NCBI GenBank assembly: GCA_047495785.1
Contig: JBLDXI010000021.1
Location: 1,302,001 to 1,366,000 of the forward strand
Direction: 5' to 3'
DNA: 64,000 nt
Source: Lepidodermella squamata
Lineage: Eukaryota > Animalia > Gastrotricha
Below the pieces are notes generated by a model that worked only from the letters and a program-made list of their open reading frames with translations, searched no databases and had not been told where the DNA came from. Both the position numbers and the translations under genes were made by a program. Below, one piece after another: positions 1 through 12,510 of this stretch (position 1 is its first letter; every line of letters starts with the position of its first letter).

Positions 1-8
1 GATTTTAG

Positions 9-718
9 GCGAATTGATGCAAGCCAATGGCGCGGATGACAAAGCACAAGAGATATCGCCCAACGCCTTGTCTTCCGTCGATTTATCGACAATAAAACCT
101 TCATGCCGTCATTTTTTCAGCCACTACCTCGAGCGGATATACTATAAAACCGCAAGTCTAATGGCGAACAGTTGCAAAGCTGTTGGAGTTGTCTCAGACT
201 GCAACCCAGAGCTCGTTAAAGCTGCTTTTGAGATTGGTCGTGCAATTGGAATGGCCTTCCAAATTATGGACGATCTACTGGACATTACCAGTCAGCTCGA
301 ACCTGATACGCTAGGAAAACCCGCTGGTGCTGATTTGAAACTTGGCTTGGCAACTGCTCCTGTATTATATGCTTCGATGGAGGTTGATATTTTGCATTAT
401 TTATGTTGCTTAAAATGCAATTCTTGAATTTTGCAGCATCCGCAGCTTTTAGAATTAATCCGGCGGCGGTTCTCTCAAGAAGGCGATGTAAATACTGCTC
501 TTTCAATGATTCATGAGGTATGACGCAACTTGATAATATTGTTTGGCGCTAACAGATAATTTGAAAATTTCTAGTCTGGGGCTATCGACAGGACTCGAAA
601 ATTGGCCAACCAGCACGCCACTCATGCTGTTCAACTCCTTAATACCTCTTTTATAGACTCACCTTACCGAACTGCCCTATCGACCCTAGCGATGTTCGTG
701 ATAGAACGCAATAAGTGA
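9..718 (+). CDS. PDSS1: All-trans-polyprenyl (decaprenyl) diphosphate synthase subunit 1, last three exons (5' part lies outside the window)
   Basis: Trans-prenyltransferase motifs GELMQ, YYKTASL, AFQIMDDLLD (second DDxxD), GKPAGADLKLGLATAPVL. Spliced exons ~9-382, 437-517 and 575-718 end ...FVIERNK*. Confidence 0.9.
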
Positions 719-1368
719 CACGCGTAAACAAACAAAAACACATATAACAACTTTACCTATAAAACCAATGTTTGATGAAGTGCCGCTTCTTTCAAATCAA
801 CACGGTTAGATTAATGTTCACCCGTCCACACGTTCATTTTTCTGAGATATGATCGATTGTATCCTTGTTGCTGTTTAATATTAGTTTCTTACATTGCTCT
901 TATTCGACGTAAATGTTATTTTCTTCTGCGTCGGTGGTGAAAGCGATTCAACGGGCAAAGAAGATCGAAAACGATAATAAATACAAGATGAATTTGTTTG
1001 AGACTGACTTTTTCGAGATTAAACAAACAAAATACCAGAAAATAATCTAGTGCAAACAAAAAAATAATGATATGAAGACACGGAATCTCTATGAGTAAAC
1101 GCGCCAAAAGATCTAGCCGCCTGAATCACTGCTATCCCAGAAATTACTGGGCCGTTGTGTGACGACAATACCGGGTGAAGCACCGAAATCAGGCGTGGCT
1201 CCGAAGCTAGGCGAGCTGCCCAAACCAGCAGCCGCAACGAAACCACTAGGAGCAGGACTATTTCGGGCTATTCAACACCCAAAAATGTATAATTTTTCAT
1301 GTCTACCCGAGGTGAGATTACCTGGCTTACATGGCTGAGACGCAGTGCCAAAAGAAGCACTGCCACCG

Positions 1369-2240
1369 AATTTATTTATTTATTTATTTATTTATTTATT
1401 GAGCATAAATCCCATTGTTGAGAGCTCGAAGTGTGAAAAGGGGCGAGTGAAAAAACAATTAGGCAGAGATACGGTGTCTAATCAAGCCGTTTCATAAGTC
1501 GCAACAATCAGTACACAACAATACAACAAATGTAGTAAAATAATCAACAATTTAAGAAGTGTTCGTAGACTATTTGTCGGCAGTCTTTTGCGCTCGCGCA
1601 AGCTTTGAGACCGCAGTCGCACGTTGGTAGAGTGCCGTCGTAATCGCCAATATCGATTGCTCGATGTTGTGAGCAATGGAAATTGACTGGCAGGGTGTTG
1701 AAAAAATTCGGGCCTCGATAGCTCAGGCTGGCCATTCCGAAATCGAGCCGCATCTTCGGTACCTGGAAGGTTAAGCGCGAGCTGCGAAGGCGACTTGGCT
1801 TGCTGACTGTAAATAAGTTAATAATGGCGTCAGGGGCTTCGCCAATTACGCATCGAAACATTAACGTAGCTAAGTGGACGTTGCGTTTTCCAGACAAGTC
1901 CAGCCAACCAAGCTCTTTCCGTAAAGGAGCTGCGTCGGCATTGTACGGCGCGTTCATGATGATACGAACGGCTCTGTCCTGAAGGCTTTGCATTCGATCT
2001 CTTGAAGTTTTGCAGGCTTCGCCAATGACTGTGTCGCAGTAATGCAAATGCGAAAATACCAGGCCGTTTGCCATCGCCTTCAGACACATTCGGTTCAAGC
2101 CATTTTTCGCGGCGAGCTGAAGTGCGAACAGGCCTTTGCGCGCCTTGCGACACGCGCTGTCGATGTGGTCTCGATGGAGAAGTTTGTAGTCGAATGTGAA
2201 TCCCAGTAGTCGCATCGATTCAGTTTCCTCTACTGTTCAG
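1369..2240 (-). mobile_element. 5'-truncated non-LTR retrotransposon (CR1/L2-like), C-terminal part of ORF2 plus 3' UTR and (AATA)n tail
   Basis: ORF 1544-2215 has RT thumb and C-terminal signatures (MRLLGFTFD..L...HI, SHLHYCDTV, LQDRAVRII, LGWL, SLSYRGP.FFN.LP). The (TTTA)n tract at ~1370-1400 is the element's 3' tail. Confidence 0.85.
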
Positions 2241-2902
2241 TTTTTTTTTGAATTTTTGCAATTATAAACATAAAATCGATGATCTCATGGAAATATTTAT
2301 AAACATAGTTATTTAATTGCCAAGGTTTCTGCCATGACTGTGCTCTGTGCTTGCCATTTTCACCTTACTATCAACTATCAATGGTTTCTGATGTCAACTA
2401 AATTCGCGAGGGCAATATCAAATTATCGTAGAATCAGTAGAAAGAGCACCGTCATATTTTATTTCATCTTCAAGTGCAAAACGGATTTTTTCATTTGTCC
2501 ATGTCGTCTCAGATAGGCAAATATTCCTGATACCAGATTAATACGATTACAATAATTAGGTAGCATTTGAGATATGAGAAAACTAGCATCATCTTAATTT
2601 CAATGCGCCTTTGAAGCGCAGACCTGCACAAGCGATGGAGTCGTGTAAGCTCGTGCGTCACGAATGCTATAATAGTATTTCCGCCAGTTTTCACTAATAT
2701 GACAAACAGCTACAAGTAACGAAGATTGATAAATACCAATATTACGTAACGCGATAACTATACGATGATACCCAAAGGCTTATCATTACGAAATGCCGAT
2801 GGTTCGGTGACAATCGCGGGTGAGGCTGTCACGATGGAGTACACGCGTAAGAATATGTATGTAAAGCATATGCCAAAATGGTAGGTAGCTACTATTGATT
2901 AG

Positions 2903-3835
2903 TTATTTCTCCCCGACGCTGATGAGGTGTTGGTGGGCGTTGTGATCGGCAATATTTGTTTTGTAGAAAGACCTTTCGTTATCGGCATTATCGTTCTCTT
3001 TCCCGATCGATACGCGTGGAAGCTTGTGCGAGAATTCGAGCGCCAATTTGGCGAAAGTGAGCAAAAAATTAGCTACGACGAGGTTTACCAAGTTACGAGG
3101 CAGGAATCCCTGAAAACGTTAAAATTTTCAGCCTTCAAGTTGGAAGAGAATTTTCCTGATTTCTTACCTTAAGGTCCACATTGTATATGTATGTCCATAA
3201 ACATTTGTTTGGATCATCGGGTAACTGCTTCCAAGACATGCCAAGTGGTAGGTTTTCGCCCCTGCATGAACGGATAAATAACGAACTGCATCACACGATG
3301 CCTCACTTGCACACATACCTAACAATTTTTTTCGAAGGAGGGTGGAAATCGTACTTTGGAGGGTCGGCTACAGACGCGCCATACTGGACGAAGAGGCCTT
3401 TCGAGATTTCACGGTAGAAGCGGATCGTGTAAAACTCTCGGTCGCTGATGCCGGATTGACCCTTCGCAATCGTGTAAGCTACATTCCAATCATCGCCCCG
3501 CTCAAGAATCTAGGGAAAAATCGTAATAAAATACCATGCGGGACGAAATCAAGCAAAAACAGTACTTTATCCATCGCAAGGTTAGGAAACCAGTCGCATT
3601 TCCCTTCCTGAACTATTGCTCTGAAAGCAGTTTCAGCCGAGCAGTTCATGACGATCTGGCTTTTCCAGATTGTGCCGTATTTCGGAACATGGCCTTTAAA
3701 AACGACGCCCTCGTGGATGTCGGTTCCGCAGTGTCTTTCCCAGTTTACGTCATCCGTGCCTGCCAGCCAGCCAACAGTAATCTCAGCAAGGCTCTTCCTA
3801 AGTCGCTCAACCTCAGACTTCTGCATTGCAGCCAT
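2903..3835 (-). CDS. START-domain lipid-transfer protein, paralog 1 (3 introns)
   Basis: Spliced product contains W..., ISDREF, IVR|GENLPLG, YNVDLK|GFLPRNLVN and the C-terminal lid helix typical of START domains. Confidence 0.85.
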
Positions 3836-4591
3836 GAACGTAATATAACTATGTGTATTGAAGCCTAAAAAAACGGGAAATTTGTTGTCACCTTACAACT
3901 GGACAATTAGTATTTTCTAGAAATAAAATTCTATAGCTATAGGATAGCGAGTATTAAGGCGAGTTTTATTCATCTAGCGAAGCGCAGCCGTATCCAAAGT
4001 AAATAGTGGGAGTGGCCCCACTGACGATATACGAACGAACTGGAAAAAAAATCCGCATTGAAGCACCGATTAATCGGGGTGGCACCGTTTTTGCCTCTTG
4101 CCAACCCGCCGTTATCGCCGTTTCGTTCACGGCACCCACACCGCAAAAGTTGTCTGTCCGGTGATGAGATCAAAAAGATTGCCGTGACGAGATGATATAT
4201 ATTTCACAATTTCGTCAGAAAGTGACGTTTTCACCACACCGGTTCTCCGTAAAAAAATACGCAAATAGATTAATTTTTATTATTTTATTATTTTTCAATC
4301 AAATAATAAAAACAATCAGCCTGATGGCTAATTTTTTTCTCAGGTACACTTTCCTTGTGTGCTTCTCAAACAAATTTTACATCAAGAGCCTCATTAGTGA
4401 GATTTTACATTATACCCACTGAGTCATCGCACTTGAACTTTACTTTGTGACAAACTTGAATTATTTCGTTCAAAGAAATAAGCTGAAATTCGATAACCTC
4501 GAAACAAAAGAGGTGATGACAGATTCGTTGTACGCCGATAACGGTGTCGTGAATAATTATAAAATATATCAACAAAGTTGGAGGAATAAAT

Positions 4592-5610
4592 TTAGTGCTG
4601 AGGCTTCTTCTTTTTATTCGATTTGGCCGTTGCAGGTCTCGGTGAGGTGGACGGAGTCGTTGGAATTATTTTCGTCTCTTCAGCTAGCCGCCGAGCGTAG
4701 TCTTGGCAGGCTTTTACGTGTTGTAGTAAAAAAGAACTGGCGGCGAGATTCATTATCGACTTCAGAATGTATCCCTAAAATAGCATAGATAGAAATGACG
4801 ATCTAACTTGTTTAAATTCCGAAATACCTTAAGGTCGACGTTATAGATCAACACTGAGTGGCACCGGATTTTGCCGTTTTCTTGAACAGGGGTGAAAGAC
4901 CAGCCCTGGGGTAAATATTCGCCTCGTATGCAGTCGCTAATAGGCACCTGTTTGTAGCAGTCGTTCGGAACTGATTGAGCTAGCGTGAAAAGCGTCTCGA
5001 CTTCGCCAGGATGGCTGCCTTGCGGTGACTTAGCCGCAACTTTTCCCGCAAAGCGGATGAACACAAAATCGCGATCACTAACACCGGTAACGCCGTGTAT
5101 GCGTTGTTGTAGCACGCTGTGATCTTCACCGCTCGCCAATAAATGCGATTCTTTCAGTTTTGGAATCCATGAAATATCAAGGTCTTGAGTAACTGATTTG
5201 AAAATTAGAGCTGGCGGGCAATCTAGCATGAACTAAAATTAAACCAATTAATTCTCTGATTTTGAATTATTTAATTAAAATTTTACCTCAACTTTCCAAA
5301 CAGTTCCCATATCGTCAATATTGCTGTTGTAAATTCTTCCAGTCTCCAACGTTTTCCCAGTTTGATGCTCCCATTTGTTATCATCGGTTCCGAGAAGAAT
5401 CGGCAAGGCTACTTTGTGTAAATTGTTCCGCAAACATTCGACCTCATTCGAGCTCAAAACTCGGGGTGAAATCATTTCCGGTTCATCGGCATCGCTTACG
5501 GGCTCGTCGTTCTGGTTGTGCTCGGCTAAGGATTTGTTCTGCTTATGATTGTGGTGATGCTTGTGATGGTTGGCGTTGTTATGCTTGTGTGCCGTCTTTG
5601 TCGAAGACAT
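4592..5610 (-). CDS. START-domain protein, paralog 2 (2 introns), with His-rich N-terminal and polybasic C-terminal extensions
   Basis: GTVWKVE, VSDRDFVFIRF, IRGEYLPQG, YNVDLK|GYILKSIMN; ends ...SNKKKKPQH*. Confidence 0.85.
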
Positions 5611-7622
5611 TTTAATTAATTAGGTAAAATCACTCGGTTTAACTGATTGTTCTTAAAGCTGCTAGAAAAAATGAAACATACAGTGAAAAAAGGGAGCCTT
5701 TATAACGTGTAGCATTAACGTGTAACAAGACAGAACTTGACCGTGCGGAAAACAAAAAAATGTTGGCAACACGAGTGACGAAACACCTAGATCCTGCAGC
5801 GTGGTGTTATATAAATTGAAAGGGTGGTATAGGACGTCGTAGGAAGCGGCATGACATGACGAAATATAATAATATAAGTAAAACACTTCTGTGGTAAAAT
5901 AATTGAAAAAAATTCTCTCATGCTAACACAACGCCATGCTACCCAAAATACACAATTGAACCGAAAATGAGTAATACAAAAGCTACTATTCTCCCACAAA
6001 AAATTGACGGTTGGAGCCTGCATGCTGCAGCCCCGGCAGTAGCGTGCCGTTTCGTTCATACACTTGACAATTATATATCATTACAAGCACGACTGAACAT
6101 GATGATGCGTGGAAAGCATTATATATTACGAAGAATTCACTACTGTTGGCATGTATTATGAAGCCAAGAGCTAATATTATATATATTATATTGTATGATT
6201 TATATAGTGAATTCACAGAATAAAAAAGTGGCGTGATCCTTTGCACGGACGCGCGCTTTTTTATTTACCAGTGCTTTTCCAATATAATTGTTGCGCAGAA
6301 TGATGTAATAATAGCAAATAAAGCGCATTTTTTGCGCATTTACTCTTAGTAGTAAAAAACGCGCCATATGCTATATGAGCGTAGAATGAGTCACGCGCAA
6401 CCACCTTGCCGTAAGACTGCTAATGGCAAATGGCACGATGAGCCCCACCGATTTTTTCGTCACATGCCGGCATATCAAAAATTGGCGTCCTGTTGTGGAA
6501 ACAAATTCACACGTTTTTGACCGCCTAAAGGTGACCGTTTTAGGTTATCGACCTGTCGATGCCGCCGCGGCGTACAATAAAAGATAGAGAACACTGTCTC
6601 GTGGTAACGAGCCATAAAAAGTTAATCCCTAGTTCAAAGACACCTTAAATTTTGGCTAAAAGACCCGGCTTCAATTATTTATAACTGCGCATGCGGACAC
6701 ATTTTGACCTAAGGTTCAGTGAAAAATAAAGAAATATTATTGTTGTGTCTTTGAAACCAGTGAAAATACGAATATGATAATGGCGGCTGTAAAAATCAGA
6801 CGCGACGCCTGCATAAATTGCATTTTTATAAGATACATATAAGACCCAGGGCGCATCCCTTGTCGATGAAAAACACGGCGTCACGCGCTGTTTGCCCGAA
6901 TAAAGACAGTCGGGTCACAATAATGCTGAGTGCGAAATAAAAGCCTTGGCTATTAAAATTCGACATATAATCGAGTTTAGTGGTCTCAAGGATTTTTTGA
7001 ATGAACCCGTTGATAACTAAATAGCTCTTAATACCTTTAGCTTAGCGCTATTAATTTTTCTATTGATTTGTTGAACTCGTTTCACGACGTGCGCGCATTA
7101 GTCGAACAGGAAATTGATGGCATCAAGGAAATTCGATAAAGAAGCGTTTCAAAGAATCCATAAATTTTGCATAAACACATTTACGGCCTTGCGTAAGAGC
7201 AAGAGATAGAGGGTGTATTTTGGGAGTTTGCATCAATTAATTATTCGTTGCGCAATAAATTCTTCGAAGTAATCTGAGGTGAGGAATCTTCCTAATAGAT
7301 TTTCAAATAGTTTATAGTGCTAGTGGCTAGTGCTTCCACGTCAACCTTAATCTTTTGAGGTGGATGGGAGCTTCCTAGAGGTCTGAATTAAAAAAATTGA
7401 AAATCTAAAGTGCGGTTCACAAACTCGTGTGTAAAATATGTACACATTCATGATTCATTGTTCATTTTTTACGCGCAAAATTCATCTCTTGCAAAAACGG
7501 TCGAGATGCCATTTGAATCATGAACGATGAACGAAACCCGCTCACAAATTATTTGTCATAATAATTCATGATTCAAATAGCGATTTTTTTGTGTGCGAAT
7601 TAGCCAAAATAAAAAAAACTAA

Positions 7623-7691
7623 GCCACCACCGAGCACTGAACCCAGAATACTGATTTAGCACGGTTGGAGCTAAACCACTATGCTAGTAGC
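7623..7691 (-). ncRNA. Degenerate tRNA-like Pol III cassette in the left arm of the foldback element
   Basis: Minus strand reads GCTACTAGCATAGTGG (A-box-like) ... GGGTTCAGTGCTC (B-box-like) ... TGGTGGC, which closes an acceptor-like stem, followed by an oligo-T run. Confidence 0.45.
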
Positions 7692-8126
7692 AAACTTCGG
7701 TGGTTGAGTTCGTTTTTGTCATCATATACCATTTTGCTGTTGACTTGCAGTATCAGAGCTGCAAAACTAGCGCGAATTAAATTTTCGCATTGTTTAGACT
7801 ACATTGCCCGCTTTAACGCTAGCAATTACACCAAATTTTGGATTCATAGCAATAGCCGATAAATCATCGCCAAAAATGACTGAATCGAATAGTTTGAACC
7901 CCAATGATTTATACTTCTGAAAAATGTATCGGTTTGGAATAATTAATCGGCCCAATCAGAGTGCTCTAGCCGAAGATAAAGGTCAAATGATGTTATTCAT
8001 GGAATGGATTTTATGGAAAATAATCGAATTGTTAACGAATTTTTCCAATAGCTCTCGGAAAATCTAAGTTAACAGTTAACAACGAGAATAGGAGATAATG
8101 ACGCTAACGCTGTAATCAACAAAAAC

Positions 8127-8207
8127 GCACTGGTGACACAGTGGGTTTAACACGTACTATCATGCCCAGTGTCGTGGGTTCTGCGCCCTGCGGGCGCACT
8201 CCTTTTT
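8127..8207 (+). ncRNA. Degenerate tRNA-like Pol III cassette in the right arm of the foldback element
   Basis: GCACTGGTGACACAGTGG (A-box-like) ... GTGGGTTCTGCGCCC (T-arm/B-box-like) ... GGGCGCA, then CCTTTTT. Confidence 0.45.
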
Positions 8208-8710
8208 AGATCTAAATCGGGCACATAAAAAAATGGCTAAACAGCTTCTTGAATCATGAATTATGGTGAGCGGGGTTCGTTCATCGTTCATGATTCAAGT
8301 GAGCCTGCAAAAAATCTTTTGCATCATTCATGTGGAAAACACGAGTTTGTGAATCGCCCTTACATCTAGGAATTCAAGAATCGTCCCTCTTTAAGTCAAC
8401 ACACTTTTTACCATTTGCTGGAAAATACAGAAACTATGCCAAACCCCCTTTTTTCACTTGTCACCTGCAAAAATGCTGGTTTCGAAATTCCAATTCCCCT
8501 AATCCCAATATCCACCAATGTAAAGTAGGCCAGTATAAAAGCACTCAGTAGGAAAATTTCGTAATTTGCATATCAATATATTTTTAATTTCATAGAGCAA
8601 TAAAATTCAACACTTGATTCGAAATGAGCACAAAACACGGAAATCAACAATTAGATTGCGAAAATATATAATCCAGATGCTAAAGTATAGTATTAATCTA
8701 GCAGTCGAGT

Positions 8711-9594
8711 TCATTTTTTGCCGGCAGCCGTAACTTCTGCAGTTTTCGCAATAATAGCCTTGGCGAAATCGATCAAAAACGTAGTGGTGACCATTCGAAT
8801 GACTTTCTTCGGCAATAAACCCTGGATCGGCACAAGATTATTAACACTGCTTTTTCAAATTAAGGTGGAAGCGGTACCTTAAGATCCAAATTGTTGAGCC
8901 ATACAATAACACAGCGATTAGGATCAGTTGGATGAGGTCGCACCAGGCAACCTGAGGGCATGTACTCGCCTCGAATGCACTTGGGTCGTTTCGGGCAGTC
9001 AGGGTGAACTATCGACTCTGTAAGCTCATAAATAGAGCCATCGCCCATGATTTGCCGGAATCTCAAGTTCACAAAGTCTCTGAAATAAATAAATTATTGG
9101 CTTCCTGCCGAGTTCGAATGATGATATTAACCTGTCATCTACAGCCGGAATACCAGCTGATAACGTGTAGCTGATTTCCCAACTTTCATCAGGTGCTTCC
9201 TCCACTAATCTGTACTCGCCAACATGGGGCGCCCAATCGGTGGGTTTAAGAGTATTTATGAAAATGTGTCGGAATTGTTCAACACTGATAGCCAGTTCGC
9301 ACTATAAATGAGTAGAAGTATGTTGGAGCTAATTTTAAAAGGGCAATCTAACCTCCAGCTTCCATATTATTCCCATCTTTTTGTGCTCTCCACGATAAAC
9401 AAGGCCGGTTGTAGTTTTATCCTTACCACCTTTTAGCTTCCAGGTTTTATCTGTTGTCTCGTCGAAACCCGTGAGGAGAGGCCAAACAATTTCATGAAGC
9501 CGGCGCCGAGTATCATCCAGCTTAAAAAATATATATTAATAGTCTCGAAAAATCAGTGCTCATTTCATACCTCCTGATCCGTTTTTAGAGGCAT
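8711..9594 (-). CDS. START-domain protein, paralog 3 (4 introns)
   Basis: MPLKTDQE|LDD..., GIIWKLE|, VDDR|DFVNLRF, CIRGEYMPSG, NNLDLK|GLLPKKVI...AAGKK*. Confidence 0.85.
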
Positions 9595-9711
9595 TTTGCA
9601 GTTGAGGTTAGCTCGGCAGTGAAATCGTCCAAATTAGTTAACTATAAAAAATACCCTATGGACTTGCTGAAAAGTATTGTCGGGTTAGATAACGAGGGCG
9701 GCTTATCATTT

Positions 9712-11788
9712 GGCATGTGAAGGATTTTATTTGTACCACCATCCGTCATAGACGCTCTCGGCGCGTTGACTCGAGCCTCATAACGAGTAAAATGTATCAA
9801 AACAATCATGTATGTAGTGTAAAAATATATAAAATGAGGGTAGAAGTGGTATCATGCCATTCGTTGCTGTCTATTAGAATTCGCAATGTAAAAACGTTCA
9901 ATGTAGTTGGAGCGTTATATTAAAATCCATTGGCGGCTATCAATTGTCGCGGCTGAGGAAGCTACTGCGTTTCGAAGGTGCCACGCAGGGCATTTGCTTT
10001 CAAGCACTTGTCGCGCTGTTTCATTGGCAGGCTGTATTTCCGCGACGAACTTCAGGTATTCAGCCACCTCAAGGCCGCATGCCATGGAGCGAGAGCCATA
10101 GTTCTTAAGGGCGTTTTCAAAAACATCATCAATAGCTTCGACGCGGGCATAGGCAATGACGTCGATAGGGTCGGTCTCATAGGGCAAGTCAAGGAGGGCT
10201 CGAAGGGCGTGGGCCTGTAGATCAAGAAGGTGCTGTTTTGTCGAGGGAGGCTGGCAGTAAAACGCGGGCGCCGCGTAAATAATAACAGATTCTAAAAGCG
10301 TCCTATAAAAAGACAAACACAGCCGCTTTTCGAGGACATGGCGCCGCGCCAGGCCATACAAGGCACCGACGCGGGGCTTAAGTTTAGCCGCGATACAATT
10401 AACATGATAGTTCCACGACAGTTGTGGCGTTAAGTTAAGGCCCAAATATCGCACCTTAGTCACTTGTGGAATGGGTTGCCCATAGAGCTGAAGTAGCACA
10501 GTTGGCGGTGTTCCACCGTAATGTCCAAAGATCATCGCCTCACATTTGCAAGGGTTAAGTTTCAAGCGCCAACGATTGCACCATTTTTCAGTCGCCGTGA
10601 GGCGTCGCTGGAGCCGCTTGACACATGAGGCGTAGTCTTTCCCGTATGCCCAATTAATCGCGTCGTCGGCGAAGGTCGCCTTCCCAACTCGGCGCATGCC
10701 GTCGTCCGGGGCGAAAGACTTTGGCTGCATTTCTGCCGCGTAAAAAATAAAAAGTAGAGGAGACAAAGGCGACCCCTGTGGTACGCCGCAAAAAATATTT
10801 TTACTATCGCTGAGTTCGGATCCTACTCTTACCCGGAATGACCTGTCTTTTAAGAAGTCGGAAATCCATCTAACAATTGAAGTAGGAACACCAGACTGTT
10901 TTAGTTTGTACCTAAGACCATCGTGCCAGATGCAGTCGAAAGCGGCTTTGAAATCCAACAGAAGAGCAACTAATTTATATTTTTTAGACAGGGCTATACC
11001 AATATCACTGATGAAAAGGAAAATTGCATCGATGGTGGACCTAAGTGAGCGAAAACCGAATTGGTGGGCAGGCAGAAGTTTGTGTTTTTCGATAAAATAG
11101 TATAGAAATTTAGCAACAATAATTTCCAAACCTTTGGCCAGCGTTGGCAGGAGCGACACGGGCCTATATGACTCTGGGAGACGCGAATCTTTCCCTTCTT
11201 TCAAAATAGGTACAATAATAGCAATTTTCCAAACTAACGGTACGTAGCCGCTGTTCAAACTCAACTTATAGAGACATCGCAGGTGTTTAACCAGAGGCGA
11301 GCCCCCGCGCTTTAGAAGCACGTTTGAAACGTTATCATGCCCAGGGGCCTTCCACTTCAAACCTTTGAGCATTTGACGCACCGCCCATTTGGGCACATCA
11401 ACTGACTGGTCCGTCGGTATCGTCTCGAGCGGCTTCAGGCTGTCGTCGTTCGCCACCTCAGAGCTGACCTGCTGCCAGAATTTAACATCTTCTGCCCTGT
11501 TTGAAGTGACAGGCGGTCCTTCGGCGACTTTGCCGAACGTTTCCGCTAAGAGCTCGGCCTTACCCCTGTCTTCTAAAATATTCGTACCTTGTGCATTGCG
11601 AAGAGTGGCAATTTTCCTCTGGCGGCGTCGACGTGACAGCTTCGAATTGACGGCCTGCCATGCTGACCTGCTTTTACTTTCATTAAAAAGCTTCGCGATT
11701 TTCCTGAGAAATTTTTCGCACTCGGCGATTTTTTGATTCAGCACTAGGCGCCTGATGATATTGCTCAGCGTATTGATTTCGGCTTTGA
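9712..11788 (-). mobile_element. 5'-truncated non-LTR retrotransposon (Jockey/I-like) with an uninterrupted reverse-transcriptase ORF (9915-11744)
   Basis: KAPGHD, YRPVSLL, QFGFR, LLDFKAAFD, GVPQGSPLSPLLF, FADD, YLG motifs. AATAAA near the 3' end (~9725). Candidate 7-bp TSD ATCATTT at 9705-9711 and 11789-11795. Confidence 0.92.
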
Positions 11789-12510
11789 ATCATTTCTATC
11801 ATTTCGCTTCGAGTCTCACAGGCTCGAGTTGGTAGAAATTGAGATAAAGCGAGCTGGGGGCTGTTTTACGCTATAATCTAAACAATATAGGGATTTAGAA
11901 TTTTTTATTTTAGCATCTGCTAGTTTCCCTCGCAATAATAATTATCACAGAAGCTGTGCGAGAATCGCGCAGCTGCGCGGTCGGTCGATGCCTTATATTC
12001 TACGGAAATAATGCAATAAAATAACGCCCTGATTTGCATCGCTAGTAGTTTTTTTTTATGGAATATGGCATCGGCTAAACAAATAAACCGGCAGTTTCCA
12101 TTTCGCTAAAATTAGTCTCGCCGTGTAGCTATTAATTAGGCGGTAGCGTGACGTCGATATAATATGCGGGTCGACGAAAACGAAGCGCGGACAGAATAAA
12201 ACTATTACACTGACTATTAAAACTCGAAAGAGACATATTACGGACGTGCAAAAGAGATGGCCTTGATTTTATTGCGATTAAATGACAAATCTCGTCGCGG
12301 CAATCTTTTTCGTGCCGAAAATCGATTATCCTGTAATCTCCGCCACAAATTTCGGAAGAAGAACAATAGAAAAATTGAATTGAAAAATACGACATTAAAA
12401 CTATTTAGTCCAGTGATTTTTATCGCACAAACTTTGTCAATCAAATAAGAAATTCAATATAATATTCTCGAAATTACACCGTGAATTAGATTTTATTATT
12501 TTCGTTTCGT

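Larger units (their letters stand above)
7406..8363. mobile_element. ~960-bp foldback/MITE-like element with long imperfect terminal inverted repeats
   Basis: GCGGTTCACAAACTCGTGT (7412) pairs with ACACGAGTTTGTGAATCGC (~8339-8357); TTGAATCATGAACGATGAACGAAACCCGCTCAC pairs with GTGAGCGGGGTTCGTTCATCGTTCATGATTCAA; TA at both outer ends. Confidence 0.75.

Noticed and set aside
900-1300. Short ORFs after PDSS1, and a short plus-strand ORF-like stretch at ~2766-2885
   Set aside because: No motif, no consistent exon chain and no link across the LINE insertion.
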